Below, one piece after another: positions 1-12,925 of a stretch of 64,000 bases of DNA. The notes beneath the pieces were generated by a model. It did not search any database. It had not been told where the DNA came from and saw only the letters and a list, made by a program, of their open reading frames with translations. This stretch comes from Lama guanicoe (taxonomy: Eukaryota), in contig MU053379.1 of assembly GCA_013239625.1 (NCBI GenBank), positions 2,710,866-2,774,865 of the forward strand, read 5' to 3'. How positions within the stretch are numbered: position 1 is the stretch's first letter; each line of letters opens with the position of its first letter. Position numbers and translations under genes: made by a program.

Positions 1-199
1 GGAAGCCTAGAACTTGAGAGTAGAAAGCCACTTCTGATACCGTCTGCTGCTTAGAAAGGCTACGAGAATTTCCCTTTGTCCACAAGACAAGATGGTGGCA
101 GCCAGGAAGCAGACGTAGGTGTAGGTGTCTTAGAATTCCAGGGTCTTCGGTCCACATGGGGGAGGCTGCCGGGGTCAGAAGCAATCTCTCTTCCCTCTT

Positions 200-2180
200 A
201 AAAATGGTTTTAAATTGTAGAATACATCATATAAACAGAAAAGCACATGAAGCATGTGTGTGCCCTGTGAAGGATAAAGGCACTGGAAACTGGTGTGCCT
301 GACACCTGCCGTAAGGAGGAACTCCTTACATAGAGCCCACCCCCTCCTTGGAGGAAACCACTGTCCTGCAGTTTGGGTTAATCGTTCCCTTTCTTCCCCG
401 CAAAGCAGAGATGAGCAAACTTTGTGTGTAAAGGGCCAGGTGGTGACCATTTCCAGCTCGGTGGGCTGCAGGTTGTCGGTCGCAAGCCCTCAGCTCTGCC
501 GCTGGGCTGTGAAAGACACGATACGTAACCGACGGGCAGCCGTGGCCGCGTCCCAGGAACTCTGTGCTGAGGCGGGCAGCGGCCGAGCCTGGTTTTAAAG
601 ATGCGCCACGTACACATGGCTTCCCAAGTGATACCGTCACTCGTTTTGCCTACTTCCGGGCCGATTCTGCGGCAGCTGGAGGAAGTCGACATTCCGTTCG
701 GGGCTCTGTCTGTGAGCCTGTCGACCGCGGCGTGTGCGGCTGGAGTCCATGTGTTTTCCATGCCGTGTGATGCTCCTGCATGTACGTGATGTCGCAGTTC
801 ATCGTCCATTTCCCCGTTGACTGATGTTAAGTTGTTCCGGCCATGACAAGCAGCGTCATGGGCATTGTGGGCACAGCTCACGTGCGGGGATCCCTCTCGG
901 GTGTACCAGGCGATGCCGAAGTGTTTCCCGAGGCCGTGGCGCCTGTGACAGCCGCTGCAGCCGTCCGTGAGGGTCCTCTGCGGCCCGCCGGCCCTCAGCG
1001 CTGCTGGGCTTTCGCAGCTGGCCGTGCTGGTGGTTGGGAAGGTGCCCGCCCCTGGCTGTGAGTGTCCCTCCCCTGATGTCTGACGCAGCTCGGTGCCTTC
1101 TTACTTGTTCGTGGGCCGTTCGTGGTGGGTCCGGGGGAAATGCCTGCCTGTGACGTCTGTCCGTTCGGGGAGGGGTTGTGTCCTCTCCTCGGCTCACAGG
1201 GACTGTGTGTGCTCCGGGCACACGCTCGGCCGGCGGCACGTCCCTCAGAGGTCCCCTCCTCTTTGGGGGCTTACCTTTCCACTTTCCCTACAGCGTAAAC
1301 TAACAGCTGTCCTTAATCTTAACGTGATCTTCTTCTCCTGGGTGTCGTGGGCATCGCTGACCCTTCACTCTTCCAGTAGCAAACTTGTGAAGCTCTGTGG
1401 GCAGCCCCACTGGATTTCACGGAAATGCACCAACCCTTCTGTCAGTTAGGTGACAATGCGGGCTTAGGGGTGTCAGTCCTCCTCGAAGGTGAAAATCTGA
1501 GTGTAACTTACAGCCTGCCTTCTGTGACCAGGGTTCTGCCTCCTCATATTCAGCCGAGGGGTGGTCCCGTGGATCTGCACGGCTATAGGATTCACTATCA
1601 AAAAACATTTCCGTGGAAGTGGACGCAGGGCGTTCAGACTGGTATTGTTCAGGGGTCAGCTGTGTAGGTCGTGATTTATGTTAGTAGAAGTTTATAACTT
1701 TCTCCATCGATGGCTTGCACAATTTTTGTTTGATACGATCCAAAGTGCTTTATATTTTTATTGCTGCTGTTCAGGATCATTTTCTCATTGGTTGCTGCTG
1801 TAGAGTGTATAGAAATGTACTAGCTTTTTGTACGGTTTTGTGTTCTGCACATTGCCACACTCCCTCGTTTATTCAAAGAATGCAGATCCTTTCAGATTTT
1901 CCACACAAAATATTGTATCATCTGCATATAATGACAGTTTTGTTTGTTTCGTTTCAATCTTTGTAACATCTTTCTTTTTCTTGTCTTACTGCGCTGGACA
2001 AGATTTGTGGTGAAACGTAGGCTAGAAGTAGTGAGGAATGGCACCGCAACCTCATTCCTAGTTTTGAAGGGAATGCGTTCAATGTTATGCGTGTGACATT
2101 TGCTGTATGTATTTTTGTAGACATCCTTTATCAGGGTAAGAAAATTTCTTTTGATTTCTGGCTTGCTAAGCATTTATAAT
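200..2180 (-). mobile_element. Ancient L1M (L1ME-like) fragment, 3'UTR/ORF2, heavily diverged
   Basis: Minus-strand ORF 1892-2173 reads like L1 RT (RNFLTLIKDVYKN..IERIPFKTRNE..PFLTTS, cf. [33 protein letters not shown]). Antisense L1-type tracts such as 'tagagtgtatagaaatgtactagctttttgtac'. Boundaries approximate. Confidence 0.7.
406..592 (-). mobile_element. MER58A-like hAT-Charlie DNA transposon nested in the old L1
   Basis: 'gcaaactttgtgtgtaaagggccaggtggtgaccattt...cgcaagccctcagctctgccg...atacgtaaccga' is collinear with the recalled MER58A consensus (reverse strand). Confidence 0.75.
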
Positions 2181-4189
2181 CATGTGTGGATTTCTTTTTT
2201 CCCAAAAAAAGTACTTCTAAAATCTTTTCTGTATGGGGATATCTTTAATATCTTCCTATATGTTCCCATCGTAAACTATATTTTGATAAAGTATCAAATT
2301 CCTTAATCGTAGGCTTTCTCTCCTCTAATCTGTGTAGACTTGACTCCAATATTTATTCAAGTTAAAGAAAAATGAAAGTATTTAGAACATGAATTCATTT
2401 GTTCCTCAGCTTGGGGATAGGGTTTTATTGTTGCTCTTAATCTTAACCCAAAATATTTGAGTTGGGGAGGAATCAGTTGTTAGTTAAAGAAACATTTTAG
2501 GGGAGCTCTATCTTAGCAGTCTTCTCTGAAAAGAAAATGTCTTCACATCTGACTGAATTCCAAAGCCATCAGCATTTTGTTTCTCCCTGAGAAGAGGTTG
2601 AAACAGACGGACTTTGTGAGCTTGAGACCACCGGTCGGGGCACAGCTGTTAATGGATGATAGTAATAATTTCACAAGTGAGTTTGACTTGCTGGGAGTGA
2701 ATACTGGGGATGGCAAAATGGGACAACACTGGCTATTAGGACGCGCCAGGTGACGTCAGTAAGGAAGGGGCAGGGGACGGTGGCGGATCATGGAAGGGCC
2801 CGCTGATCGTGTTCTAGTTAGGTCTCAGGGCTCCGCCGTGCCACGCCAGTCCCTCCTGGGCGTGCATTAGTGTGGATGTGCAGCTGCGGCCACGTTCTTT
2901 GCAAGCACCACAAAGTACCGCCAGCCCCCAGCGCTGACCCTTGGCCCAGCCCTGCGTGCCATCTGTCAGACCGGCCGGCAGGGCTCTTTCCAACAGGCAG
3001 GGCAAATGGTCTAGCTGACTTTGGCCGAGACCTGATTCCCGATTGTTTCCCTGACCTGGGCAGCACTGGTGACATCTCTTGTTCAAACCTGGGCACGTTT
3101 CCATCCTTTGCATCTGGGGACCCCTTCCTGCAGGCTGACTGTTAACCAGCTGCTCTGCCTCCTGCAAGACAGACTCGACCTCAAGGTCAAGTTCCTCTGC
3201 GGGTTCAACGAAACTCTCTGGATCCTTTCCATCCACCTCCCTAGATCTGTTCTCACCGCATCGAGGAGGCGCTGGTGATACCAGTGGGAACAGTGGCAGC
3301 CAAGGCAGGTGCTGTAGCGGCCAAGGACTCACTGGGGGTGGCACTGGCTGCCTGCGGACGGGCTCGCTTGGAGCCATTTGGGGACACATGGTGGTGGCTG
3401 AGCCATCAGCCACCGTGATGCCCAGGCCAACAACAGCTGTCACAGGACAGCAGTGCTGCCGAGGGTCTGGATCACAGGCTGGCTGGGTCCTACCTCTGCT
3501 TTATCCTCTGCTTTATCCTTTGTCTTTACCTTGGCACGCGGCATGCGCTGCGGGCGATGACGAGGGCAGATTCACCACTGGTGGCACTGTGTGTGTGCCT
3601 GTGAGTGTGTGTGCCTCTGCGTGTGAGTGTACCTGTCAATGTGTGTGAAGGAGAGAGAGAAAGAAATTGATGAGTTAACTGGTTTATCACTTTGGAAATG
3701 GACAGAGTCCATTTCATGGTTTGTTCCTTTCTGAACCCACCAGCATTTAAAGCCACAGCACAAATGTGTTGTTGGCAAATGGACTTCTCACCAGTCCTCC
3801 CCTCGGAGTGTCCCCGCACCCCTACACGCACCTGTCAGAGACCACGCATCCCTGCCCACCTTCCCAGCACCTGCTGGCGCTGCTTCTCCCTCAGACACGG
3901 GCGGAGTGCAGGGAAGCCGGAACACGGGAACTGTGGATGGAGAGGAGGGGGAGGCCAAGGCGGGTTCCAGCAAAGTCCCCGTCTCCTGGCCTTAACATCC
4001 CTGCCTTCTTAACTCCACGTCACCCTCATTTACCTCACTTAGCGGTGGCCCTGCAAAGAAAAGCTCTTGCCCACTGAATCCTTCCCGCCTCAGCCTTAAT
4101 TAACAGGCTGTAGCTTCCTTTATCGTCATGGTGTGAATAGGTCTTGCCCTAGCGTCTTTGTGTGAGCCCATCAGATACTCATAAACCTT

Positions 4190-5300
4190 GATTAAATCAC
4201 CTCTTTTCACATCTTAACAAGCTCCGCTCTCAAAGGCTGCCCTCGCCTGGCCCTCCCCCACTGCACACACTGCCCTCCCCCCGCCACGCCCCGGGCGCGG
4301 CAGCGGCCCCTTCCCTGTGGGTAAGTGCCCCTACACACGGTGTCCTGAATGGGGTTGGAGCAGGCCCTTCAGAAGCTCAGGGCTCAGGAGGTACCCCCCC
4401 CGGGACGGCCGCGGCGCGGAGGAGGGCAGTGTGAGCCTCCCGCGCTGCCTCCCGGTTCGCTTTCCAGACTCACCTGGAATCGCTTAATCAGGACGTCAGT
4501 GGTTCTCTGCTCCTCTGTCGTCGGTGACCTTGTGCCGTGTGCAGTAGACAATCACACACTAAATTCGAGGCGTCCGTTTTTCCAGATTCAGTCAGGATTT
4601 TCCCGAGCTATGACTGCCCACTCCAACTTGTCTGCTTCTCTGGGTGCACGTCTAAGATTTGCTGGTAACAGTTCCTCCAAGATGCAGCCTTCCCTGGCGG
4701 CCGCTTGTCACGTCACCGACCTGCCTTTCTGCAGCTGCTTTAGTGTTCCCGCCGGTCTGTTTCACCTCAGATGTCTCCAGTTCCATTTGATATCCTTGGA
4801 AAGACTCCCTTTTCCGAATGATTGGCTAAATCCAAATCCGTCCTCTTCATTTTGCTTCCCAGTCATTCAGCTCTGTTTCTCCGCCCGCAGGCATGTTCAC
4901 ACGCTGTCCCGGGCTCCTCCCTGGTCACGCCCTGGCCTCCTTGCAAACAGGCATCTTCTGGCCCTGTGGTGCTTCAAACACGTCATGTGGCCCGTGAGGC
5001 TGACCATCCCTTGTTACTGAGACGGTCAACCTCAGATCCCAAAGTACAGACCAACACGGGGCCAAATTCCATTTAACACAACACGTATCCACTTTTATTT
5101 GTAAAGATGCTCTGATGAAAAGACTAGAGTGTTTTTTTCCCCCTAGAATGTGTCACCTCCCTCCTTCCCACAGTGGCATTTGTGTGGAATTAACCTTTAC
5201 TGGGATGAAGGGTGAGATTGTTGTGAGGCGTCCCCAAGTCATAACCAGCACGTGTCCCTTCAGATATTTGGGCTAAAGGTGATAATGCGAAGGCAAAACA
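4190..5300 (-). mobile_element. Possible L3/CR1 LINE remnant
   Basis: Weak resemblance to antisense L3 tracts (e.g. 4330-4365 'cctacacacggtgtcctgaatggggttggagcagg'). Very degenerate. Confidence 0.3.
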
Positions 5301-5485
5301 AACGCAGGTGCTCACTGAGTCAGGGCTGGATGTTAAAGAGGGGGCCTGGGGCTCTGCTTCAAGTGGCGTGCTTCCCTGTCTCGTCTCTTGTCCAGTGTGG
5401 TCCAACACTGGCCCCATTCACCGTGGAAACATAGTTTGATGCACCATCTTAGCATCTGTCAGAAAGGCCTGGGTTGAGATTTTTT

Positions 5486-6857
5486 TTAAAAATTTTTTTA
5501 TTGATTTATAATCATTGTGCAATGTTGTGTCAAATTCCAGTGTACAGCACAATTTTTCAGTTATACATGAACATACATATATTCATTGTCACATTTTTTT
5601 CTCTATGAGCTACCATAAGATCTTGTATATATTTCCCTGTGCTATACAGTATAATCTTGTTTATCTATTCTACAATTTTGAAATCCCAGTCTATCTCTTC
5701 CCACCTTCTGCCCCCTTGGCAACCACAAGTTTATATTTTGTGTCTGTGAGTCTATTTCTGTTTTGTATTTATGCTTTTTTTTTTTTTAGATTCCACATAT
5801 GAGTGATCTCATATGGTATTTTTCTTTCTCTTTCTGACTTACTTCACTTAAAAATGATGATCTCCAGGTCCATCCATGTTGCTGCAAATGGCGTTATGTT
5901 GTCGGTTTTTGTGGCTGAATAGTATTCCATTGTATAAATGTACCACTTCTTCTTTATCCAGTCATCTGTTGATGGACATTTAGGCTGTTTCCATGTCTTG
6001 GCTATTGTAACTAGTGCTGCTATGAACATTGGGGTGCAGGTGTCATCCTGAAGTAGGGTTCCTTCTGGATATAAGCCCAGGAGTGGGGTTCCTGGGTCAT
6101 ACGGTAAGTCTATTCCTAGTCCTTTGAGGAATCTCCATACTGTTTTCCACAGTGGCTGCACCCAACTGCATTCCCACCAGCAGTGAAGAAAGGTTCCCTT
6201 TTCTCCACAGCCTCTCCAGCATTTGTCATTTGTGGATTTTTGAATGATGGCCATTCTGCCTGGTGTGAGGTGATACCTCATTGTAGTTTTGATTTGCATT
6301 TCTCTGATAATTAGTGATATTGAGCATTTTTTCATGTGCCTATTGATCATTTGTATGTCCTCCTTGGAGAATTGCTTGTTTAGGTCTTCTGCCCATTTTT
6401 GGATGGGGTTGTTTATTTTTTTCTTATTGAGTCATATGAGCTGCTTATATATTCTGGAGATCAAGCCTTTGTCAGTTTCACTTGCAAAAATTTTCTCCCA
6501 TTCCGTAGGTTGTCTTTTTGTTTTACTTATGGTTTCCTTTGCTGTGCAGAAACTTGTAAGTTTCATTAGGTCCCATTTGTTTATTCTTGCTTTTATTTCT
6601 TCTAGGAGAACATTTTTGAGATGTATGTCAAATAACGTTTTGCCTATATTTTCCTCTAGGAGGTTTATTGTATCTTGTCTTATGTTTAAGTCTTTGATCC
6701 ATTTTGAGTTGATTTTTGTTTATGGTGTAAGGGAGTGTTCTAGCTTTATTGTTTTACATGCTGCTGTCCAACACCATTTGCTGAAGAGACTGTCTTTATT
6801 CCATTGTATATTCTTGCTTCCTTTGTCAAAGATTAGTTGACCAAAAGTTTGTGGGTT
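5486..6857 (-). mobile_element. Young 5'-truncated L1 (ORF2 C-terminus + 3'UTR + polyA) with target-site duplication
   Basis: ORF 5844-6350 is the L1 ORF2 C-terminus ([32 protein letters not shown]). PolyT lies at the left end. TSD ctgggttgagatttttt (~5469) / ctgagttgagatttttt (~6858). Confidence 0.95.
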
Positions 6858-6907
6858 CTGAGTTGAGATTTTTTTATGGTTTTGAGGTGTCAGAACGATA
6901 CATGGTC

Positions 6908-7487
6908 TTTTATTTTTTTAACTGAAGTGCAGTCAGTTACAATGTGTCAGTTTCTGGTGTACAGCACAGTGTCCCAGTCATGCATATACATACGTGTATT
7001 CATTTTCATATTCTTCTTCATTAAAGGTTATTACAAGATATTGAATATAGTTCCCTATGCTAGACAGAAGAAACTTGTTTTTTTTAATCTATTTTATATA
7101 TAGCAGCTAACATTTGCAAATCTCAAACTCTCAAATTTACCCCTTTCCCCTGATAACCATAAGGTTGTCTATGAATCTGTTTCTCTTTTGTAGATAAGTT
7201 CGTTAGCGGCCTTTTTAAAAATTTTTTTTTTTTTTAGATTCCACATATGAGCGATCTCATATGGTATTTTTCTTTCTCCTTCTGGCTTACTTCACTTCGA
7301 ATGACAATCTCCAGGTACATCCATGTTGCTGCAAATGGTATTATTTGATTCTTTTTTATGGCTGAGTAATATTCCATCATATACATATACCACAACTTCT
7401 TTATCCGGTCATCTGTCGATGGACATTTGGGTTGTTGCCATGTCTTGACTACTGTGTATAGTGCTGCTCTGAATGCTGGGGTGCATG
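6908..7487 (-). mobile_element. 5'-truncated L1 3' end (different subfamily from its neighbour)
   Basis: L1 3'UTR tracts ('agattccacatatgagcgatctcatatggtatttt', 'tcatctgtcgatggacatttggg') with a T-rich tail at the left. Confidence 0.9.
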
Positions 7488-8725
7488 AGGAAAGTGCGCA
7501 TTCTTATTCCCAGTGCCTCAACCTCATTTGTGTTAGTGAGGACACTGCCCACAAGTGAGTGAGAGAAGCGAGTACCCCGTCTCACAGCCAGGACTCTTTT
7601 TTATGTTAATAAGGATGTAAAGGCTGAGCAAGCAAATTCAGTGCCCTTTAACATCAGCCCAGAGTGAAAGGTGAGGGACAGGAACTCAGGCTCACACTGG
7701 CTCCCACATCAGCTGGCCCAGAAGGGAGGACGTCCATCACTGCAGAAGCTCTCCCAGAGGGTGCAGCTGCGGGCCAGTCATATCCCCAGAGTTTGCAGTG
7801 AGTGGTGTTGGGCACAGCATCTCTGGGCAGTCCTTTCCTGAGATGCTGACCACAGTCCCGTTTGGTTCTGAGTCTCTGGTGTTCAGATGGGGTCGCTCAA
7901 GGATGGCTCAGTGGAGGCCCAGTAGGTAGAAGGAGGATGTGCTTTCTGGTTCTACCTGCTTCTGTGAGGCCAGCGGGAAAGAGGATTCTCCCAGATCGCA
8001 TGCCCAGGCTGGACAGAGGGGAAAGAGGACAGCGTGGGGGAAGGGGCGGAGCCCGCAAGCTCTCTGGGCCCTTGGTCACTCTACAGGCGAGGCAGTGAGC
8101 ACCACGTACGTCCTTCCTGCCCATTTGTGCGTGTGTACCGCTCAGCTGGCCAAACCCCGGCCAGCCCGCCACCTCCGCACCACCACTGGCTGTCTCGGTG
8201 ACGAACATTCTCCCCCCGTTCAGGTCTCTGGTCTTGACCTGCAGCTCAGCAGAACTGTCTGGTAGATATAGAATGACTTCTGACCCTCTGAGCATCTGTG
8301 TAATATCACAGCTCTTTTCAAACTTTTGCTGCAGGAGTTAAAGTCCTTCATAGATTTTCTTCCTCCTTCTCACCTGGTGGCATGTGAGTTGAAGGTATTA
8401 TTTATGAGTCTAAATTAATAGCTGACGAGGCAGTGGTGATCTGCAAGGCCACTGAACCGCTTTAATATAAAGACCTCTTTACTGAGCACCGAGAAGCCAC
8501 TGAGCTATTCCATCGTTGTTGGAACTGGCAACATAAATCCATTTCAGAACTCCCGTTTTCAGCCTACTGAACCATGAGAAGAAACTGGCCTGCCTGCCTG
8601 CATTTTTTGTGGCCAAATAACGATCACAAAAAGATGCTCTGAAGCCACCTGGGCAGCGTGGTGTTACCACTCAAGCAGCGCTCAGTCCTCTCCTCCCAGG
8701 CCTGGGTCTCTGTGTGTGTCTTTTT

Positions 8726-9197
8726 TCCTTTCTTTTTTTATTGAAGTATAGTCGGTTAGCAGTGTGACCATTTCTGGTGAACAGCACACTAGTTCAGCCG
8801 TATGTAGACATACATATGCTTGTTTTCATATTCTTTTTCATTATAGGTTACTATAAGATACTGAATACACTTCCCTGTGCTCCACAGAAGAAATTTGTTT
8901 TTTATCTGTTTTATGTATAAAGTCTCCAACTCCTGATTTCTCCCTTCCCACCCCCTTTCCCTGGTAAGCATAAGATTGTTTACTATGTCTGCAAGTCTGT
9001 TTCTGTTTTGTAGATGAGTTCATTAGTGTCTTCTTTTTTCTTCTTTTTCTTTATTCTTTTTTTAGATTCCACATATGAGTGATACAGTATTTGTCTTTTT
9101 CTGTCTGACTTACTTCACTTAGTATGATCATCTCTAGGTCCATCCATGTTGCTGCAGATGGCATCATTTCATTCTTTTTTATGGCTGAGTAATATTC

Positions 9198-9237
<40 letters not shown>

Positions 9238-9456
9238 CACACCTTCTTTATCCAGTCATCTGTCGATGGACATTTAGGTTGTTTCTGTGTCGTGGCTACT
9301 GTCAGTAGTGCAGCTGTGGATGTTGGGGTGCATGTATCTTTTTGAATTAAAGTGCCCTCCTGATATATGCCCAGGAGTGGGATCGCTGAATCATTAGCTA
9401 AGTCTATTTTTAGGTTTTTGAGGAACTCCATACTGTTTCCCACAGTGGCTGCACCA
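8726..9456 (-). mobile_element. 5'-truncated L1 3' end with probable TSD and internal (TA)n
   Basis: ORF 9051-9443 is L1 ORF2 C-terminus-like ([30 protein letters not shown]). TSD tgtgtgtcttttt (8713) / tgtgtttcttttt (9457). (TA)n at about 9202-9228. Confidence 0.92.
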
Positions 9457-11104
9457 TGTGTTTCTTTTTGAGGATGATTTTGTACATGTTTGTTTACTCT
9501 TCAGTATTTTCCATTACAAAAGCAATGCATGTTTATTGTAGAAAATTTAGAAAAAAGACTTTAAAAGCTAAGCAGAACACAGAATCCATACCTAATCCCA
9601 GAACGCAGTTCAGACGCCTGAGCTAGCCAAGATGAGAGCCGGAGGGCCACTGCCATTGGCTCCTAGAAGCAAGGCCTGGAACAGGCTTGCGGACAGAACG
9701 CCTCCCCTCTCTTGGAAGCAGGGCTCAGGAGGACCTTACCTCTAGTCCAGCACACTCCCCTCAGAGCGGAGGACACCGCAGCGGCAGGGCTGCCACGGCT
9801 CACGGCCAAGATCGTGGCGTCAGAAACATGGGAACCAGAGTCCCCTGCCTCTCGGCCCAGCCCCCTTCACTCAAGACCGCCGGAGCCCGACGTGCGTTGT
9901 GCGGCGCCTGCTTGGACCGTGAGAGTGATTTTGCTTCGCTGTCAGAGTGCCTCAGGGGACCCCGGGATGACTCACGTGTGGAGGAAGAAAACATTGGCAC
10001 GTCTCTTTGCATTTCTGTTTTTTAAAAACAGACAGGGATCAAGCTCTGCTGGTATCTGAAGCACAGATGCCGCCCGTCTTGGGCCAGAGGAAAGGCAGCC
10101 GCCGCCGCGTAGGGGCTCGGCCTTGTTAGCGAGCTTCGGGGCGCGCTGAAGCTCTTGCGTGTCTGCTTCTGTGATTTAGAGGTGCCCTCTGGCTTAACCA
10201 CACTCACCCCACAGAGGGGGCAAGGTCAGGTAAAGGACCCCTGCAGAGAAAGCACAGGTTGAAAATCCCGGGAAAGCCCCGAGGGAGCCAGGACAGGGCG
10301 GAGCCGCCGGCCGCCGAGCCCTCGGGCCGGCTCTTCGCCGCTCACGTTGTGAGCGCGATTAAGCCGTCAGTCGGGGTTCAGTTGCAGACGACAGACTCTT
10401 CAGCTAATTCGAACAGAAAGGAACGTACTGCCAGTTATAGGCGGTTTATAAAGTTCGTTGAATGGGTTGGAAGGGCAGGCGTTAAACTGGTTTTCAGGAA
10501 AAATTCGGAAAGCATCTCTGCAGACCTGGCTGACCCCTGCCACAGGGAGGAATCTGTGGAGTCGGGGAACTGCCGGCTCCACAGCCACCCCTGTGGTGCC
10601 ACCGTCCACACCAGCAGCATGGGCACCCCAGGCCCTGCCCGCTGTTGCCCGTGGCTTCGGCTCCAGCCAGCACCTAACCCTTCCTGGACCAGAGCTGCCG
10701 GCAGAAGCAAGGAAGACAGTGGAAGCAAGACCCCCACTCAGGGCCCGACGCCCACCGCCCAAGTCCTGGAGTGTTTCTCTGTGGAGGACGCTTGTTCCCA
10801 TGGAGAGCCCACACTTCCACCGTCTGGGAAAGGCAGCCTTTCACTTCCTGCCCGTGGGTCTTTGGGTCAGCCATGCTGCAAGGGATCTGGAATGCAGCTG
10901 GCTGAACTAGCCTGCAGTATCTCCCATAACTAATCAAATCTGAGCAGAAGCCAGCCCCACAAAATGCAAGACTTTCAAGACTACCACTGGAAATTTGGAT
11001 TTACACTTATTATCAATAAGGATGAGCTTTTCCCTAATGATTGACAGGTTGACAAACCCATATCCAGCATCCTCGGCGCAGGTGTTGCATTAAAAAAATA
11101 GTTA

Positions 11105-12925
11105 TTTGGGGAGCAGATTTACCCTCTCACCTGAAACAACTAAAAATCTTCACAAAATGTAAAACAAATTTTTAAAAAAAGATACTGGACAGAAGGCAAT
11201 GAAGGGCAGTGATCTCTGAGAGTCTGGAAAGAAGTAAGGTGAACCCTGCCATTGACCCAGCTTGCTGCCTTGAGAGAATTTCCAGGCGCTGACAAAGGGA
11301 CTGGAACCCAGCAGACTCCCTGAGTGGAGGACTAGAGCAGCTGGGGTCCTCTTCAGGGTCCGGGGGAGGAGAGAGCTGCCCAGAGAGGGGAGCTTGGGCG
11401 TCTGCAGCAGGTCCCCGTCAGGAACTCAGTCAAGTACTGATCAGCGCACACAGGTGAGGAGCCCGCCCTGGGATGGGTGAGAGCCACTCAAAGGGTTAGA
11501 GGTTGCGGCTCCCGGTGCTCACCCGGGGCTGGGAGCCACCCTGGAGAACCTCAAGATTCACGGGGCAGTGGGTGGAGTATACACTACGGTCTCCCCTCAG
11601 TAGTGAGAAGAACTAGCAGGCATCCAAAGAAGCAGGAAAATGCAGCCCATGACGGGGAGAAGAGTCAGGCAACTGAAACCCACCCGGAACTGACAGAGCT
11701 GTGGGGGTCAGCAGGCAAGCACACTGAAACGGCTGTTAGAGCTGCATCCCACACGGTCCAACGGTGAAGTGGGCCCGTGGTAGGTGCATGGAAGACCCTA
11801 ATAAAACTTCTAGAGATGAGAACTACAATGTCTGAGAGGGAGAAGTACACCAGGTGGGATTAATGGAAGATCAGACCTTGCTGAAGAAGAGATGAGTGAA
11901 TTTGAAGACACACCAGTTGAAACCACCCAAAATGAAACACAAAAAGAAGAAAAAATAATTGAAAACAATGAGCAGAGCCTCAGTGAGCTATGGGACAGCT
12001 TCAAAGAGCCTAAAGAAATAACGACCATTTTTTCCCAGATTTGATATAAGCCATAAACCCACAAATCCAGGAAGCTCCATGAGTGTCAAGCATGAAAAAC
12101 GTGAAGAGGAAAACACTATGGAGGCTTCTCAAGGAACTAAAATTAGAACGACCACATGACCCAGCAGTTCCACTCACGGGTATTTGTTCAAGAGAAAAAA
12201 AATTCAAAAAGATGCACGCACCCCGATGTTCACAGCAGCCAAGACAGGGAAGCAATGTGAGTGTTCATCAACAGGTAATGGATAGAGGAGATGTGATGTG
12301 TAGATATAGTCAATGCAATACTCCTCAGCCATAAAAAAAGAATGAAACTTTGCCATTTGCAACAGTGTGGATGGACATGGACCGTAGTATGCTAAGTGAG
12401 ATGAGCCAGACAGAGAAAGACAAGTACTGTATGATGTCACTTATGTGTGGAATCTAAAAAATAACAGCAAGCTAGTGAATATCACAAAAAAGGAACAGAC
12501 TCAGATACAGAGAACAAACCAGTGGTTACCAGTGGAGAGAGGGGAGGGAGGAGTGGCAATAATAGGGGTAGGGAGTAAGAGGTACAGACTATTAGGTATA
12601 AAATAAGCTACAAGGATGTGCTGTACAACACGGGGAATGCAGCCAATATTTTATAATAACTATAAATGGATTGTAACTGCTAAAAATTGTGCATCACTGT
12701 TGTACACCTGTAACTTGTATGCTATTGTACCGCTATTCTTCAATTTTAAAAAATGACACCAAGGCATATAATCACACTGCTCAAAACCAGTGATAAAGAG
12801 AAAATCTAAAAAGGAAGAGGAGAAAACAGTTGTTTCAGAGGCATAAAGATAAGAATGATGACAGATTCGTCATCAGAAACAGTGCAGGTGAGAAGTCAGT
12901 GGAACAACGTCTTTAAAATGCTGAC
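11105..12925 (+). mobile_element. Ancient L1M 5'UTR/ORF1 fragment, interrupted by a younger L1 3' end
   Basis: ORF1-like tracts ('gaagaagagatgagtgaatttgaagac', 'cagagcctcagtgagctatgggacagc', 'atccaggaagctc') resume after 12752 ('gacaccaaggcatata..aaaaccagtgataaagagaaaatc'). Confidence 0.75.
12107..12752 (+). mobile_element. L1 3' end nested in the older L1 ORF1
   Basis: Translates as TLWRLLKELKLERPHDPAVPL (ORF2 C-terminus). The 3'UTR ends in an A-rich tail at about 12750. Confidence 0.88.

Noticed and set aside
4349..5020. 223-aa ORF
   Set aside because: No recognisable domain or coding-like composition, and it overlaps a probable decayed LINE.
10259..10933. 224-aa ORF with overlapping ORFs on both strands
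   Set aside because: GC-rich intronic sequence with few stops by chance. Non-ATG start and no recognisable homology.
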